Positions 9,484-19,304 of a stretch of DNA of 64,000 nucleotides are shown piece after piece (position 1 is the first letter of the stretch; every line of letters starts with the position of its first letter). The stretch spans positions 5,264-69,263 of the forward strand of contig JAMPXO010000009.1 of assembly GCA_023701125.1 (NCBI GenBank), written 5' to 3'. The notes below the pieces were generated by a model, which did not search any database, was not told the origin of the DNA, and saw only the letters and a list, made by a program, of their open reading frames with translations. Both the position numbers and the translations under genes were made by a program. Source of the stretch: Vicinamibacteria bacterium. GTDB taxonomy: Bacteria > Acidobacteriota > Vicinamibacteria > Fen-336.

Positions 9484-9617
9484 GCGTCCCGCTCCCGCGC
9501 CGCGGCTTCCTGGCCAGCCAGCTCGCGGCTACGCGTGGGAGTCGCGGCTCGATTTCTCGTTCCGGCTGACCGAGATCACGCCCCCGCGCTGACGCCCCGC
9601 GCTACCATCGGCGGCCA

Positions 9618-10628
9618 ATGAGCGAACCCTTCGCCGCCTGGCCCAAGACCGAAGTCCACCTCCACCTCGAGGGCACCGTGTCGCCCGAGACGCTGTGGGA
9701 CCTGGCGACGCGCAACGGTGTCCCACTTCCGGCTGCGTCGCTCGCGGAGCTGAAGGCCCACTACGCGTTCGACGGCTTCGACCGCTTCCTCACGCTGTGG
9801 CTCGCGATGTGCCGCTCGTTGCGTCAGCCGCGCGACTACGAGGAGATGGTCGACGGCTACCTCGCCGAGTGCCGGCGCCAGAACGTGCGCTACGTCGAGG
9901 CCCACTTCACGCCCTACAACCACGAGCGCTTCGGCTTCGGCGGCCGCCGCGCGCTGGACATCGTCTGCGACCGGCTGCGCGCGGCCGAGGCCGCGGGTGG
10001 CCCGGTCACCCGGCTGATCCTCGACATCCCCAGCGAGTCGGTGCCCGAGAGCGGCCCGTACACGATCGAGTTGCTCGAGCAGATCGCCGAGCCGCTGGTG
10101 GTCGCGATCGGCCTCGGCGGCCCCGAGGAGGGCTTCCCGCGGGCGCTGGTCGCCCCGTTCTTCGAGCGCGCGCGGGCGGCCGGCTACCCGTGCGTCGCCC
10201 ACGCGGGCGAGACGGCCGGCGCGTCGTTCGTGCGCGAGGTGGTCGAGCTGCTGAAGGTCCGCCGCGTGCAGCACGGCATCCGCGCGCTGGAAGACCCGGC
10301 GCTGGTGCAGGTGCTGGCCGAGCGCGAGATCTGCTGCGACGTGGCGCTGACCTCGAACTCGCTGCTGACCATCCACCGCGAGATCGCCGCCCACCCGTTG
10401 CCCGCGCTGCTCGCGGCGGGCGTGCCCTGCACGCTGTCCACCGACGACCCGCCGTTCTTCGGCACCGACCTCGACCGCGAGTACGAGCTGGCCCACCACG
10501 TGCTCGGCCTCGACCCCGCCACGCTGTGGCAGCTCAACCTCAACGGCCTCCGCTTCGGCCTCGCCGACGTAGCACTGCGCCGCCGCCTGCTCCTCGAGTT
10601 CGCGGCCTGGCGCCAGGAGAACCCGTGA
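9618..10628 (+). CDS. add: adenosine deaminase
   Basis: EVHLHLEG, AHAGE, STDDP zinc and catalytic motifs. Confidence 0.85.
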   Translation: MSEPFAAWPKTEVHLHLEGTVSPETLWDLATRNGVPLPAASLAELKAHYAFDGFDRFLTLWLAMCRSLRQPRDYEEMVDGYLAECRRQNVRYVEAHFTPYNHERFGFGGRRALDIVCDRLRAAEAAGGPVTRLILDIPSESVPESGPYTIELLEQIAEPLVVAIGLGGPEEGFPRALVAPFFERARAAGYPCVAHAGETAGASFVREVVELLKVRRVQHGIRALEDPALVQVLAEREICCDVALTSNSLLTIHREIAAHPLPALLAAGVPCTLSTDDPPFFGTDLDREYELAHHVLGLDPATLWQLNLNGLRFGLADVALRRRLLLEFAAWRQENP

Positions 10629-12721
10629 CCCGAAACACCCTCGCCGCCTTCGCCCTTGGCGCCCTGCTCGCCCCCGTCGCCACGGCGCAGACGTCGCCAT
10701 TCCTGCCCGACGCCCTGCACCGCGCGCTGGTCAACGAGATCTCGGGCGACCGCGCGTTCGAGCACGTGCGCCACCTGTCCCACTTCCACCGCACGGGCGG
10801 CAGCCACGACTTCTTCGCGGCGACCGAGTACCTGCGCGGCGCGGCGGCCGCGGCCGGCCTGAAGGACGTGGCCCTCGTGCGCCAGAAGTGGCCGGGCGCG
10901 CACGCCTGGAGCGCGACGTCGGGCGAGGCCTGGGTGCGCGGCCCCGAGGAGTGGAAGCTCGCGTCCTACGGCGAGATCGCCCTGTCGGTGGCGGACAACA
11001 GCCGCACGACCCACGTCAAGGCCGCACTGGTCGACGTCGGCGCCGGCGTGACCGACGCGGACTACGAGGGCCGCGACGTGAAGGGCAAGATCGTGCTGGC
11101 CTCCGGCGCACCCGGCAAGGTCACCGAGCTGGCGGTGTGGAAGCGCGGCGCGCTGGGCATCGTCTCATCGGTCACCAACCGCAAGGAGGCGTTCGACGCC
11201 CCCGATCAGGTCGCGTGGGCGCGGGTGCCGTACGAGGCGAAGGGGATCGAGGGCGTGGCGGACGGCACCCCCGGGACCTTCGCGGTCGTGATCTCGCCGC
11301 GCCGCGCGCGCACCCTGCAGAAGCTGGTCGCCGCGGGCCCGGTCGAGGTCGCGGTCGACATCGAGGCGTCGTTCGCCGAGCCCGCCGAGCAGGCCTACGT
11401 CGAGGGCTACATCCGCGGCAGCGAGCCGGGCGAACCGCAGGTGGTGCTGACCGCTCACATCCAGGAGGAGATGACCTCCGCCAACGACGACGGCTCGGGC
11501 TGCGGCAACCTGCTGGAGATCGCCCGCGCGCTCGACGTGCTGATCGCGGAGGGCCGCGTGCCGCGGCCGCGGCGCGACATCCGCTTCTGGTGGGTCAACG
11601 AGTTCTCGAGCGAGGAGCAGTGGTTCCGCGAGAACCCCGAGGCCCCGCGCAAGATGCTGGTGGCGCTCAACCAGGACATGGTCGGCGCCCGCCAGAGCCA
11701 GGGCGGCCGCGTGCAGTACGCCTCGCGGCTGCCGTGGAGCCTGCCCCACGCCCTCGACGACGTGATGGAGAGCGTGCTGACCGCGGTCCGCGACGGCAAC
11801 AACGAGCTGCTGACCATGCGCGGGCAGAAGATCCCACAGCCGTTCTCGAAGGAGATCGTCGCGGTCAAGGGCTCGCGCGAGCCGTTCCACGCGCGGATGG
11901 TTCCCTACTTCGGCAACACCGACCACCACGCGTTCACGCCCGCCCGTATCGGGGTGCCGGCCACGACGCTCACCAACTGGCCCGACGAGTTCATCCACTC
12001 GACGGGCGACGAGCTCGACAACATCGACGCCACCCAGCTCGAGCGCAACGCGGTGGTGATCGCCGCCGTGGCCTGGTACTTCGCCAACGTCGGCGAGGCC
12101 GACGCGCCGCTGCTGGCCACCCAGGTCGCCGCGGGCGCCCGGGCGCGTGCCGCGCTCGACTTGCGCACCGCGCAGGCCCACCTGGCCCAGGCGAAGCCGG
12201 AGGAGCGTGCGGCCGCATTTCGGGCGGCGCGCAACCTGGTCAGCCAGGCGTACGCGAAGGAGTTGAAGGCGCTCGGTTCCGTGCGCCGCTTCGCCGGCAA
12301 GGGCCGCGCCGCCGAACTGGTCGCCGCCTTCTCGCAGCGCTTCGAGGGCGCCCGCGCCGCCGACTTCGAGGCGCTGGAGCGCGCCTTCACCGCCTTCACC
12401 GGTCAGCAGCCGCCGAACGTCGCGCTCTCCGCCGAGGAGCGCAAGATGGCCGAGGAGGTCTACGCCCCGCTCAAGGACCCGGTCGCCTGGGAGTCGGCGA
12501 TGGACAAGGCCAAGCTGCCCTCGGGCCTTCACCCGATCGTGCGCTTCGAGATCCTCAACCTGGCCGACGGCCGGCGCACGACGCTCGAGGTGCACGACGT
12601 CGTCGCCGCCCAGGCGCTTTCGGCCGGCGCCTGGTACTACGGGACTGTGACGCCGGCTCAGGTCAAGGCCGTGCTCGAGGCCGCCGCGACCGCCGGCGCT
12701 TACACCCGCAAGGGTCGCTGA
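10625..12721 (+). CDS. secreted M28-family metallopeptidase with PA domain
   Basis: GTG start overlaps the add stop (GTGA). Signal peptide VTRNTLAAFALGALLAPVATAQ. HIQEEMTSANDDGSGCGNL M28 zinc-ligand region. Confidence 0.75.
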   Translation: MTRNTLAAFALGALLAPVATAQTSPFLPDALHRALVNEISGDRAFEHVRHLSHFHRTGGSHDFFAATEYLRGAAAAAGLKDVALVRQKWPGAHAWSATSGEAWVRGPEEWKLASYGEIALSVADNSRTTHVKAALVDVGAGVTDADYEGRDVKGKIVLASGAPGKVTELAVWKRGALGIVSSVTNRKEAFDAPDQVAWARVPYEAKGIEGVADGTPGTFAVVISPRRARTLQKLVAAGPVEVAVDIEASFAEPAEQAYVEGYIRGSEPGEPQVVLTAHIQEEMTSANDDGSGCGNLLEIARALDVLIAEGRVPRPRRDIRFWWVNEFSSEEQWFRENPEAPRKMLVALNQDMVGARQSQGGRVQYASRLPWSLPHALDDVMESVLTAVRDGNNELLTMRGQKIPQPFSKEIVAVKGSREPFHARMVPYFGNTDHHAFTPARIGVPATTLTNWPDEFIHSTGDELDNIDATQLERNAVVIAAVAWYFANVGEADAPLLATQVAAGARARAALDLRTAQAHLAQAKPEERAAAFRAARNLVSQAYAKELKALGSVRRFAGKGRAAELVAAFSQRFEGARAADFEALERAFTAFTGQQPPNVALSAEERKMAEEVYAPLKDPVAWESAMDKAKLPSGLHPIVRFEILNLADGRRTTLEVHDVVAAQALSAGAWYYGTVTPAQVKAVLEAAATAGAYTRKGR

Positions 12722-12724
12722 GCC

Positions 12725-13702
12725 GTGATGTCCGAAGCGCCAGCCCTGCCCACCTTCGCCGACGTCGAGGCCGCCGCGACCCGACTGAAGGGCCTCGCCC
12801 ACCACACCCCGGTCGCCAGTTCGCGCACGCTGGACGAGCGGCTCGGGGCCCGCGTGTTCCTCAAGTGCGAGAACCTGCAGCGCGCCGGCGCGTTCAAGTT
12901 CCGCGGCGCGGCCAACGCCCTGCTGCAGCTCGACCCCGCCACCCGCGAGCGCGGCGTGCTCGCCTTCTCCTCGGGCAACCACGCCCAGGCGATCGCGCTC
13001 GCCGCGCGCCTGCTCGGCTCGAAGGCGACGGTCGTGATGCCGACCGACGCGCCGGCAGCCAAGCGCCGTGCCACCGAGGGCTACGGCGCCCGGGTCGTGC
13101 CCTACGACCCGGCGACCGAGAACCGCGAGGAGATCGCGCGCGCGATCGCGGAGCGGGAGCGGCCGGCGCTGATCCCACCCTACGACCACCCGCACGTGAT
13201 CGCGGGCGCGGGCACGGCGGCCTGCGAGCTGATCGACGAGGTCGGCGCGCTCGACCTGCTGCTGGTGCCGTGCGGCGGCGGCGGGCTGCTCTCCGGTTCG
13301 TCGCTGTCGGCCCGCGCGCTGGCGCCCGCCTGCCGCGTCGTGGGCGTCGAGCCCGAGGCCGGCGACGACGCCAACCGCTCGTTCCGCAGCAAGACGCTGC
13401 ACACGGTCCACAACCCGCGCACGATCGCGGACGGCGCGCGCACGCCGTCGCTGGGCAAGCTGACCTTCCCGCTGGTGATGGCCAACGTCGACGACATGGC
13501 GACCGCCAGCGACGCGCAACTGGTCGAGGCGATGCGCTTCGTCTGGGAGCGGATGAAGCTGGTGGTCGAGCCGACGGGCGTACTCGGCCTGGCCGCGGCG
13601 CTCGCGGGCACCGTGCCCGTGCGCGGCCTGCGCGTGGGCGTGATTCTCTCCGGCGGCAACGTGGACCTGGCGGATGCGGGAAGGTTGTTCGCGACGGCCT
13701 GA
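12725..13702 (+). CDS. PLP-dependent threonine/serine dehydratase-family enzyme
   Basis: FKFRGA lysine motif, SGNHAQ, GGGGL glycine loop. Confidence 0.8.
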   Translation: MMSEAPALPTFADVEAAATRLKGLAHHTPVASSRTLDERLGARVFLKCENLQRAGAFKFRGAANALLQLDPATRERGVLAFSSGNHAQAIALAARLLGSKATVVMPTDAPAAKRRATEGYGARVVPYDPATENREEIARAIAERERPALIPPYDHPHVIAGAGTAACELIDEVGALDLLLVPCGGGGLLSGSSLSARALAPACRVVGVEPEAGDDANRSFRSKTLHTVHNPRTIADGARTPSLGKLTFPLVMANVDDMATASDAQLVEAMRFVWERMKLVVEPTGVLGLAAALAGTVPVRGLRVGVILSGGNVDLADAGRLFATA

Positions 13703-13717
13703 GCGGCCGTCGGGTGG

Positions 13718-14065
13718 TCAGTCGAGCGGCGACGGCGAGACCAAGGGCGCGACTTGCGATCGCGTCGCTTCGGCCACCGCCACCGCCGCAGCCGCCGTCT
13801 CACGGTCCGGCCAGAACTCCACGTCGTAGCGAGAGTCGACGCCGTGGCTCGTGAGCTCCCCCAACTCCAGGTCAGCTAGCTGGAGCGACAGCTCGAGCCG
13901 CACGGCGCTTTGCGCGAGTTCCTCCAGGTCATGCGTTCTCGGAATCGCGTGGCCGCGAAGCGCCAGCACTGCCTTCAGGTACTTCTCCGCGGCCTGTCGG
14001 GCATGAAAACAGGCGGTGTCGTAAGGCCCCTCACTGGCGAGCGTCCGTCGCGCGTCCGAGATCAC
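13718..14065 (-). CDS. HEPN-domain protein (putative toxin of a HEPN/MNT pair)
   Basis: FHARQAAEKYLKAVL...IPRTHDLEEL HEPN signature. GTG start 46 nt after the MNT stop, same frame. Confidence 0.7.
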   Translation of the reverse strand: MISDARRTLASEGPYDTACFHARQAAEKYLKAVLALRGHAIPRTHDLEELAQSAVRLELSLQLADLELGELTSHGVDSRYDVEFWPDRETAAAAVAVAEATRSQVAPLVSPSPLD

Positions 14066-14110
14066 TGTCGCCCTTGCGGATCCAGCCGTCCGCGAGACCC
14101 CGCTGATCCT

Positions 14111-14449
14111 TCATCGCGGATACAGGGTTCTCCCTGCCGCCAGGATAGACGTGATGAACGCGTTCGGGACGTCTCGCCACTCGGCGATCTCCTGCGGCGT
14201 CCAGACCACGATGTCCTTCGAAGGAAACAGCCCCAGCAGCGCCCGCCGATAGCGGCCCGCCCGCCGATGGCGAGGGAGATCGGAGTCCTCCACGATCAAC
14301 AAGTCGAGGTCGCTGTCAGGGCTCGCGTCCCCGCGCGCGTGGGACCCGAAGAGCACAATGCGGCTCGGGCTGCCCGACGCGACGATGCGGGCGACGGCCT
14401 CGTCGAGGAGAGCCTCCGTCACGGGTGGGTACTCGACAGCAGCGAGCAT
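14111..14449 (-). CDS. minimal nucleotidyltransferase (MNT antitoxin of the HEPN/MNT pair)
   Basis: RIVLFGSHARGDASPDSDLDLL nucleotidyltransferase motif. ATG 14449 is immediately preceded by TACAAT. Confidence 0.75.
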   Translation of the reverse strand: MLAAVEYPPVTEALLDEAVARIVASGSPSRIVLFGSHARGDASPDSDLDLLIVEDSDLPRHRRAGRYRRALLGLFPSKDIVVWTPQEIAEWRDVPNAFITSILAAGRTLYPR

Positions 14450-14474
14450 GGGACATTGTAACGAGGCTATTCGC

Positions 14475-15083
14475 CTAGCGCAGCGCCTCGCGGACGCAGA
14501 TCCGCAGCGCTCTCTCGACCGTCTCCAGCGCCAGGCTGGGAGCGCCGGGCTTCGCGGCCGCCTGCTGCGGCGAGTACGGGATGTGGATGAAGCCCGCGCG
14601 GGTCGACGCACCCTGCTCCGTCAGCCGGTGGCACAGCGCGAACAGCACCGCGTTGCAGACGAACGTGCCGGCCGTGTACGAGACCTCCGTCGGCACGCCC
14701 GCGTCGCGCAGCGCGGCGGCCAGCGCCTTGACCGGCAGCGGCGCGAAGTAGGCCGCGGGCGCATCCTCGACCACCGGCACGTCGACCGGCTGCGCGCCCG
14801 CGTTGTCGCGGATGCGGGCATCGCAGAGGTTGACCGCGACGCGCTCCAGCGAGATGGCGGCCCGCCCCCCTGCCTGGCCGACGCACAACACCAGCGTCGG
14901 CTGGTGACGCGCCATCGCCCGGAACAACGCGCGCGGCGCGCGCGCGAACTCCGTCGGCAGTCGCGCGACAGCCACGGTGTGGCCGGCGATGCGCGCCCCG
15001 CGCAGGCGCTTGACGGCCTCCCATGACGGGTTGACGCGCTCGCCGTCGAACGGGTCGAAGCCCGTCAGCAGCACGGTCTTCAT
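14475..15083 (-). CDS. pcp: pyroglutamyl-peptidase I (peptidase C15)
   Basis: MKTVLLTGFDPFDGERVNPSWEAV N-terminus, catalytic Cys region GTFVCN, IHIPY. GGAGG RBS. Start re-derived at 15083. Confidence 0.85.
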   Translation of the reverse strand: MKTVLLTGFDPFDGERVNPSWEAVKRLRGARIAGHTVAVARLPTEFARAPRALFRAMARHQPTLVLCVGQAGGRAAISLERVAVNLCDARIRDNAGAQPVDVPVVEDAPAAYFAPLPVKALAAALRDAGVPTEVSYTAGTFVCNAVLFALCHRLTEQGASTRAGFIHIPYSPQQAAAKPGAPSLALETVERALRICVREALR

Positions 15084-15094
15084 CGGGCCTCCAC

Positions 15095-16045
15095 TCAGCG
15101 GAAGACGATCACGTACATCAACACGACGTTGACGCCCAGCAGCGCCAGGCCGGTCGGGGCCTGGGCCCGGATCACGGCGTGCGGGTCCTTCAGCTCCAGC
15201 AGCGCGGCCGGCACGATGTTGAAGTTGGCGGCCATCGGCGTCAGCAGCGTGCCGCAGTAGCCGGACAGCATGCCGATCGCCGCCATCGACGCGGGCTCCG
15301 CGCCGTGCATCTTGACCAGCAGCGGCAGGCCGATGCCCGCGGTCATCACCGGGAAGGCGGCGAACGCATTGCCCATCAGCATCGTGAACAGCGCCATCCC
15401 GACCGCGTAGGCGATCACGCACGCCAGCCGGCTCTCGACCGGGATCACGGCCGACACCCCGCGCGCCAAGAGGTCGCCCACGCCCGACACCGCGAACACG
15501 GCGCCCAGCGCCGCCAGCATCAGCGGCAGCACGCAGGCCCAGCTCATCGCCTCCAGCAGCTCGCGCGCCGCGTGGACCGCGTCGCCCGGGCCGCGCCGGG
15601 TCAGCGCCGCCGCCGCGGTGACGGCCAGCGCGCAGGCCAGGGCCAGCGCCCACAGGGTCTGGATCTGCGGCTCGACCAGCGGCCGGCCGTTCCACGTCGC
15701 GTTCCGCAGCACGAGCAGCAGCAGCACGGTCGCGGCCGGGATCGCGAGCGCGGGGCCGAACAGGCGATGGCCGAGTCGAGCCGCGGACGCCACCCGCTCC
15801 GCGGCCGGGTCTTCCTGCCGCGGCCCGCGGGTGACGCCGCCGGAGCCCGCCAGCAGAGCGAGCGCCACCGCGATCGCCCCTGCCGCGTGCGGCCCCATCA
15901 CATCGCCGGCGAGGAACAGCAGCGCCAGCAGGCCCCAGAACGCGCCGCTGGCCTTCCGCCGCGGGTTGCCGGGGTCGCGGCTCACGTGCCAGGCGGCGCC
16001 CGCGAGCAGCGCGCCGATCGCGAGATAGATCGGCAGCAGGGTCAC
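15095..16045 (-). CDS. DUF979 family membrane protein
   Basis: GTG start overlaps the DUF969 stop (GTGA). Polytopic. Always paired with DUF969 and commonly adjacent to pcp and pxpABC. Confidence 0.7.
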   Translation of the reverse strand: MTLLPIYLAIGALLAGAAWHVSRDPGNPRRKASGAFWGLLALLFLAGDVMGPHAAGAIAVALALLAGSGGVTRGPRQEDPAAERVASAARLGHRLFGPALAIPAATVLLLLVLRNATWNGRPLVEPQIQTLWALALACALAVTAAAALTRRGPGDAVHAARELLEAMSWACVLPLMLAALGAVFAVSGVGDLLARGVSAVIPVESRLACVIAYAVGMALFTMLMGNAFAAFPVMTAGIGLPLLVKMHGAEPASMAAIGMLSGYCGTLLTPMAANFNIVPAALLELKDPHAVIRAQAPTGLALLGVNVVLMYVIVFR

Positions 16046-16752
16046 GAGCGCTCCCCCTCGCCGGGGGGCGCGGCGCGTTCGGCCTCGGCCTCGCGGGCGA
16101 GCCGGGCGTCGAGCCGCGACAGCCGGAAGCCGTGGATCAGGAACGCGGCGATCGCGGTCGGCAGGCCCCACAGCGCGATCCGGATCGGCTCGACGACGAT
16201 CCCGTTCGTCTCCAGGAAGCCCTGGATCAGCAGCACGGCACCGAAGGCCACGAACACGTCCTCGCCGAAGAACAGGCCGACGTTGTCGGTGCCGGCGACC
16301 AGGCCCAACAGCCGCTCGCGGGTGCGCGGCGGCAGCGGGCCGCTCCTTTTCGCGGCCGCCGCCTCGGCCATCGGCGCGATCAGCGGCCGCACCGTCTGGG
16401 CGTGGCCCGCGATGTTGGTCAGGCCCAGCATCGACAGCGCCTGGCGCAGCGCGAGGTAGGCCAGCAGCAGCCGGCCCGCGGTCACGGCCCGCAACCGCGC
16501 GATGAAGGCCTGGGCGTGCTCGCGCAGTCCGGAGCGCTCCAGCAGACCGATCACCGGCAGCGTCAACACGAACAACAGCAGGTAGCGGTTCTTGAGCACG
16601 CCCTCGCCGAGCAGCCGCAGCACCTCGTCGGGCGGCAGGCCCGCGAACAGGCCCGTGGCCAGGCCGGCGACTACGACCACCATCAGCGGGTTGAGGCGCA
16701 GCGCGAAGCCGACGACGACCAGCGCGACGCCGAGCAGTGGCCAGGCGTTCAT
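16042..16752 (-). CDS. DUF969 family membrane protein
   Basis: 236 aa polytopic protein. Its start overlaps the pxpA stop (ATGA). Confidence 0.7.
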   Translation of the reverse strand: MNAWPLLGVALVVVGFALRLNPLMVVVVAGLATGLFAGLPPDEVLRLLGEGVLKNRYLLLFVLTLPVIGLLERSGLREHAQAFIARLRAVTAGRLLLAYLALRQALSMLGLTNIAGHAQTVRPLIAPMAEAAAAKRSGPLPPRTRERLLGLVAGTDNVGLFFGEDVFVAFGAVLLIQGFLETNGIVVEPIRIALWGLPTAIAAFLIHGFRLSRLDARLAREAEAERAAPPGEGERS

Positions 16753-17519
16753 GCAGCCTGCCCCGGCGCGGCGACGGCGAGCCCCGCGGCGGCCAGCGCC
16801 TCGCGCAGCGCGCGGGCGAACACCGCGGCATCTGGCCGGTCGCCGTGAACGCAGATCGTGTCGGCGCGCAGGTGCACCACGCCGCCGCCACGGGCCGCAA
16901 CCTCGCCGCGCAGCGCGATCCCCACCGCCTGGGCCGCGGCCTGCACCGGGTCCTCGATCACCGCGCCCGGCCGCGAGCGCGGCGTCAACTGGCCGTCGGG
17001 CTCGTAGCCGCGGTCGGCGAAGGCCTCCTCGGCGACCGCCAGGCCTGCCGCGCGCCCTGCCGTGATCAGCGCGCTGCCGGCCAGCCCGAACAGCACCAGC
17101 CCGCGGTCGAACGCGGCCACGGCCGACGCGATCGCCGCCGCCAGGGCCGCGTCGCGGGCGGCCATGTTGTACAGCGCGCCGTGCGGCTTCACGTGGGCCA
17201 CCCGCGCGTCACAGGCGCGCGCCACGCCGGCGAGCGCGCCCAGCTGGTAGAGCGTGAAGGCGTGGGCCTCGTCGGGCGTCACCTTCATCTCGCGACGGCC
17301 GAAGCCCTGCAGGTCGGGCAGCGCGACGTGGGCGCCGATGCGCACGCCGTGACGGGCCGCGGCGCGCACGGTCGCCAACATCACCTGCGGGTCGCCGGCG
17401 TGGAAGCCGCAGGCGACGTTGGCGGAGGTGACGAACGGCAGCACCGCTTCGTCCTGTCCCATCGTCCACGCCCCGAAGGACTCGCCGAGGTCGCAGTTGA
17501 GATCGATCGTCCCGCTCAT
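16749..17519 (-). CDS. pxpA: 5-oxoprolinase subunit A (LamB/YcsF family)
   Basis: IDLNCDLGES and ANVACGFHAGDP motifs. Confidence 0.85.
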   Translation of the reverse strand: MSGTIDLNCDLGESFGAWTMGQDEAVLPFVTSANVACGFHAGDPQVMLATVRAAARHGVRIGAHVALPDLQGFGRREMKVTPDEAHAFTLYQLGALAGVARACDARVAHVKPHGALYNMAARDAALAAAIASAVAAFDRGLVLFGLAGSALITAGRAAGLAVAEEAFADRGYEPDGQLTPRSRPGAVIEDPVQAAAQAVGIALRGEVAARGGGVVHLRADTICVHGDRPDAAVFARALREALAAAGLAVAAPGQAA

Positions 17520-18520
17520 GCCCCCCTCCGTCGACTGGCGATCGCCGCGCTCCGCTCCTGGAGGGCCCGCTGCCGCGCGTGCCACGCCGCCGCCGCCGCC
17601 TCGGGTTCGACTGGCGTGAGCCGCACCTCGTCACCCGCCCGCAACTGCATCGCGCGATCGAGGTCGGCGCGAATCACGTGGGCGACGATCGGGTACCCGC
17701 CCACGGTCTGGGCGTCGACCCCGAGCAGCACCGGGCGTCCACCCGCCGGCAGTTGCAGGCAACCCGGCAGCACCGGCGCGGAGACCCGGTCGGGCGCCAC
17801 AGCCAAGGTGAGCGCGGGTCCGTCGAGCGTCACGCCCATGCGGTCGGAGTCGGAGCCGACGCTCCACGTCGCCGCGAAGAGCGCAGCGCGGGACGCCGGA
17901 GCCACCGCTGCGAGGTCGGCGCCCGGCAGTACCCGCAAGAGCGCGCGGTCGCCCAGCGCGTCGAGCGGGTGGATCGACCACGGGGCGGCGGACACCGCGG
18001 CATTCTGCCCTGCCGCGCGCCGCGGCGACGGAGTCTTCCCGGCGCTGGAAGCCGACGCCGCCTGCTCGGCCAGCACGTCGCCCGGGCGCAGGGCACGGCC
18101 CGCGAGGCCGCCGAAGCCGCCCCGGCGGTCCGTGCTGCAGCTACCCATCACCTGCAGCACGTCGAGCCCGCCTGCGACGGCCAGGAAGGCGCGCGCGCCG
18201 CGGGTGACGCGACCCAACTCGAGCACGGCGCCCGCGGGCAGCGCGACCGGACGCCATCCCGGCACCGCTCGCCCCGCGCACCGGGCCTCGACCTCGCCGC
18301 CCGTCAGCGCGATCACCGCGGGCGCGCCGAAGCGCAACCGCGGCCCCAGCAGCGTCAGCTCCAGCCCCGCGGCCTCCGGGTCGTTGCCGACGAGGCGCTG
18401 GGCGAGGACGTGCGCGGCCTGGTCGGCGGCCCCCGCGTGGACCACGCCGAGGTGGCGCAGACCGGGGCGCCCGCGGTCCTGCACGGTCGTCAGCAGGCCG
18501 GCCGTGAGCACCTCGATCAC
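17516..18520 (-). CDS. pxpC: 5-oxoprolinase subunit C (KipA / allophanate hydrolase subunit 2 family)
   Basis: GLLTTVQDRGRPG N-terminal motif. GTG start overlaps the pxpB stop, and its own stop overlaps the pxpA start. Confidence 0.8.
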   Translation of the reverse strand: MIEVLTAGLLTTVQDRGRPGLRHLGVVHAGAADQAAHVLAQRLVGNDPEAAGLELTLLGPRLRFGAPAVIALTGGEVEARCAGRAVPGWRPVALPAGAVLELGRVTRGARAFLAVAGGLDVLQVMGSCSTDRRGGFGGLAGRALRPGDVLAEQAASASSAGKTPSPRRAAGQNAAVSAAPWSIHPLDALGDRALLRVLPGADLAAVAPASRAALFAATWSVGSDSDRMGVTLDGPALTLAVAPDRVSAPVLPGCLQLPAGGRPVLLGVDAQTVGGYPIVAHVIRADLDRAMQLRAGDEVRLTPVEPEAAAAAWHARQRALQERSAAIASRRRGA

Positions 18521-19197
18521 GGCGCGACCTCGACCAGAGCCGTGTCCAGCTCCGCCGCAGCGGTCGCGCGGAAGCGCACGTGGTCGCCGGGCAGCAGCAG
18601 CGAAGGCGGCTCGCGGTGCGGCTCGAACAGCACGGCGGAGGTGCGCCCGATCAGCCGCCAGCCACCCGGCGAGTCGCGCGGGTAGATGCCGGCCTGGGCC
18701 CCGCCGATCGCCACCGCGCCACGCGGCACGAGCGGGCGTGGCGCAGCGCGGCGCGGCATCGCCAGCGCGGGATCGAGGCCCAGCAGATATGGGAAGCCCG
18801 GCTGGAAACCGAGCAGGGCCACCGTGTAGACGCCGCCAGCATGGCGAGCGATCACCTCGTCGACCGACAGGCCCGCGTGGGCGGCCAGCTCGGCGAGGTC
18901 CGGGCCGTCGTAGCAGCACGGCAGCGTGACCGTGCGCACGGCGCCGGCGGCGCGGGCGGCGTGCGGACCCGGGACCGCCACCCGCACGAGCTCCGCGAGG
19001 ACCGCCTCCGGATTGCCCGCGGGCGCCAGCGCGACGGCGACGCTCGCATACGCGGGCACGACGTCGGCCACGCCCGGGATCGCGGCGGCCCGCACGGCTG
19101 CGGCCAGCGCGTGGGCCCGCGCGTTGGCCACGGCGTCGAGCGTGGTGGCGAAGACGAAGACGAACCCGGAGTCCCCGAGCGGCTGCCAGCGGCCCAT
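18517..19197 (-). CDS. pxpB: 5-oxoprolinase subunit B (KipI / allophanate hydrolase subunit 1 family)
   Basis: Carboxyltransferase-like domain (DSGFVFVFATTLD..., GFQPGFPYLLGLD). Confidence 0.8.
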   Translation of the reverse strand: MGRWQPLGDSGFVFVFATTLDAVANARAHALAAAVRAAAIPGVADVVPAYASVAVALAPAGNPEAVLAELVRVAVPGPHAARAAGAVRTVTLPCCYDGPDLAELAAHAGLSVDEVIARHAGGVYTVALLGFQPGFPYLLGLDPALAMPRRAAPRPLVPRGAVAIGGAQAGIYPRDSPGGWRLIGRTSAVLFEPHREPPSLLLPGDHVRFRATAAAELDTALVEVAP

Positions 19198-19304
19198 TGC
19201 GCGCGAGTCTAGTGCGCTCCCCGCCCGCGACGCGAAATCCCGTGCTTCGCCCTGCTGACGAGCGTACGATCCGCGCACCCACTCGACCAAGAAAGCGTGA
19301 GCCC

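Noticed and set aside
7279-9569. 686-aa - ORF and 587-aa + ORF across the SulP gene
   Set aside because: Alternate frames of a gene with unmistakable SulP/STAS features. Typical GC-rich shadow ORFs.
15095-16900. 601-aa ORF treated as one gene
   Set aside because: Only its 3' 951 bp (DUF979, GTG 16045) is genuine. The upstream part is the out-of-frame shadow of DUF969 and pxpA.
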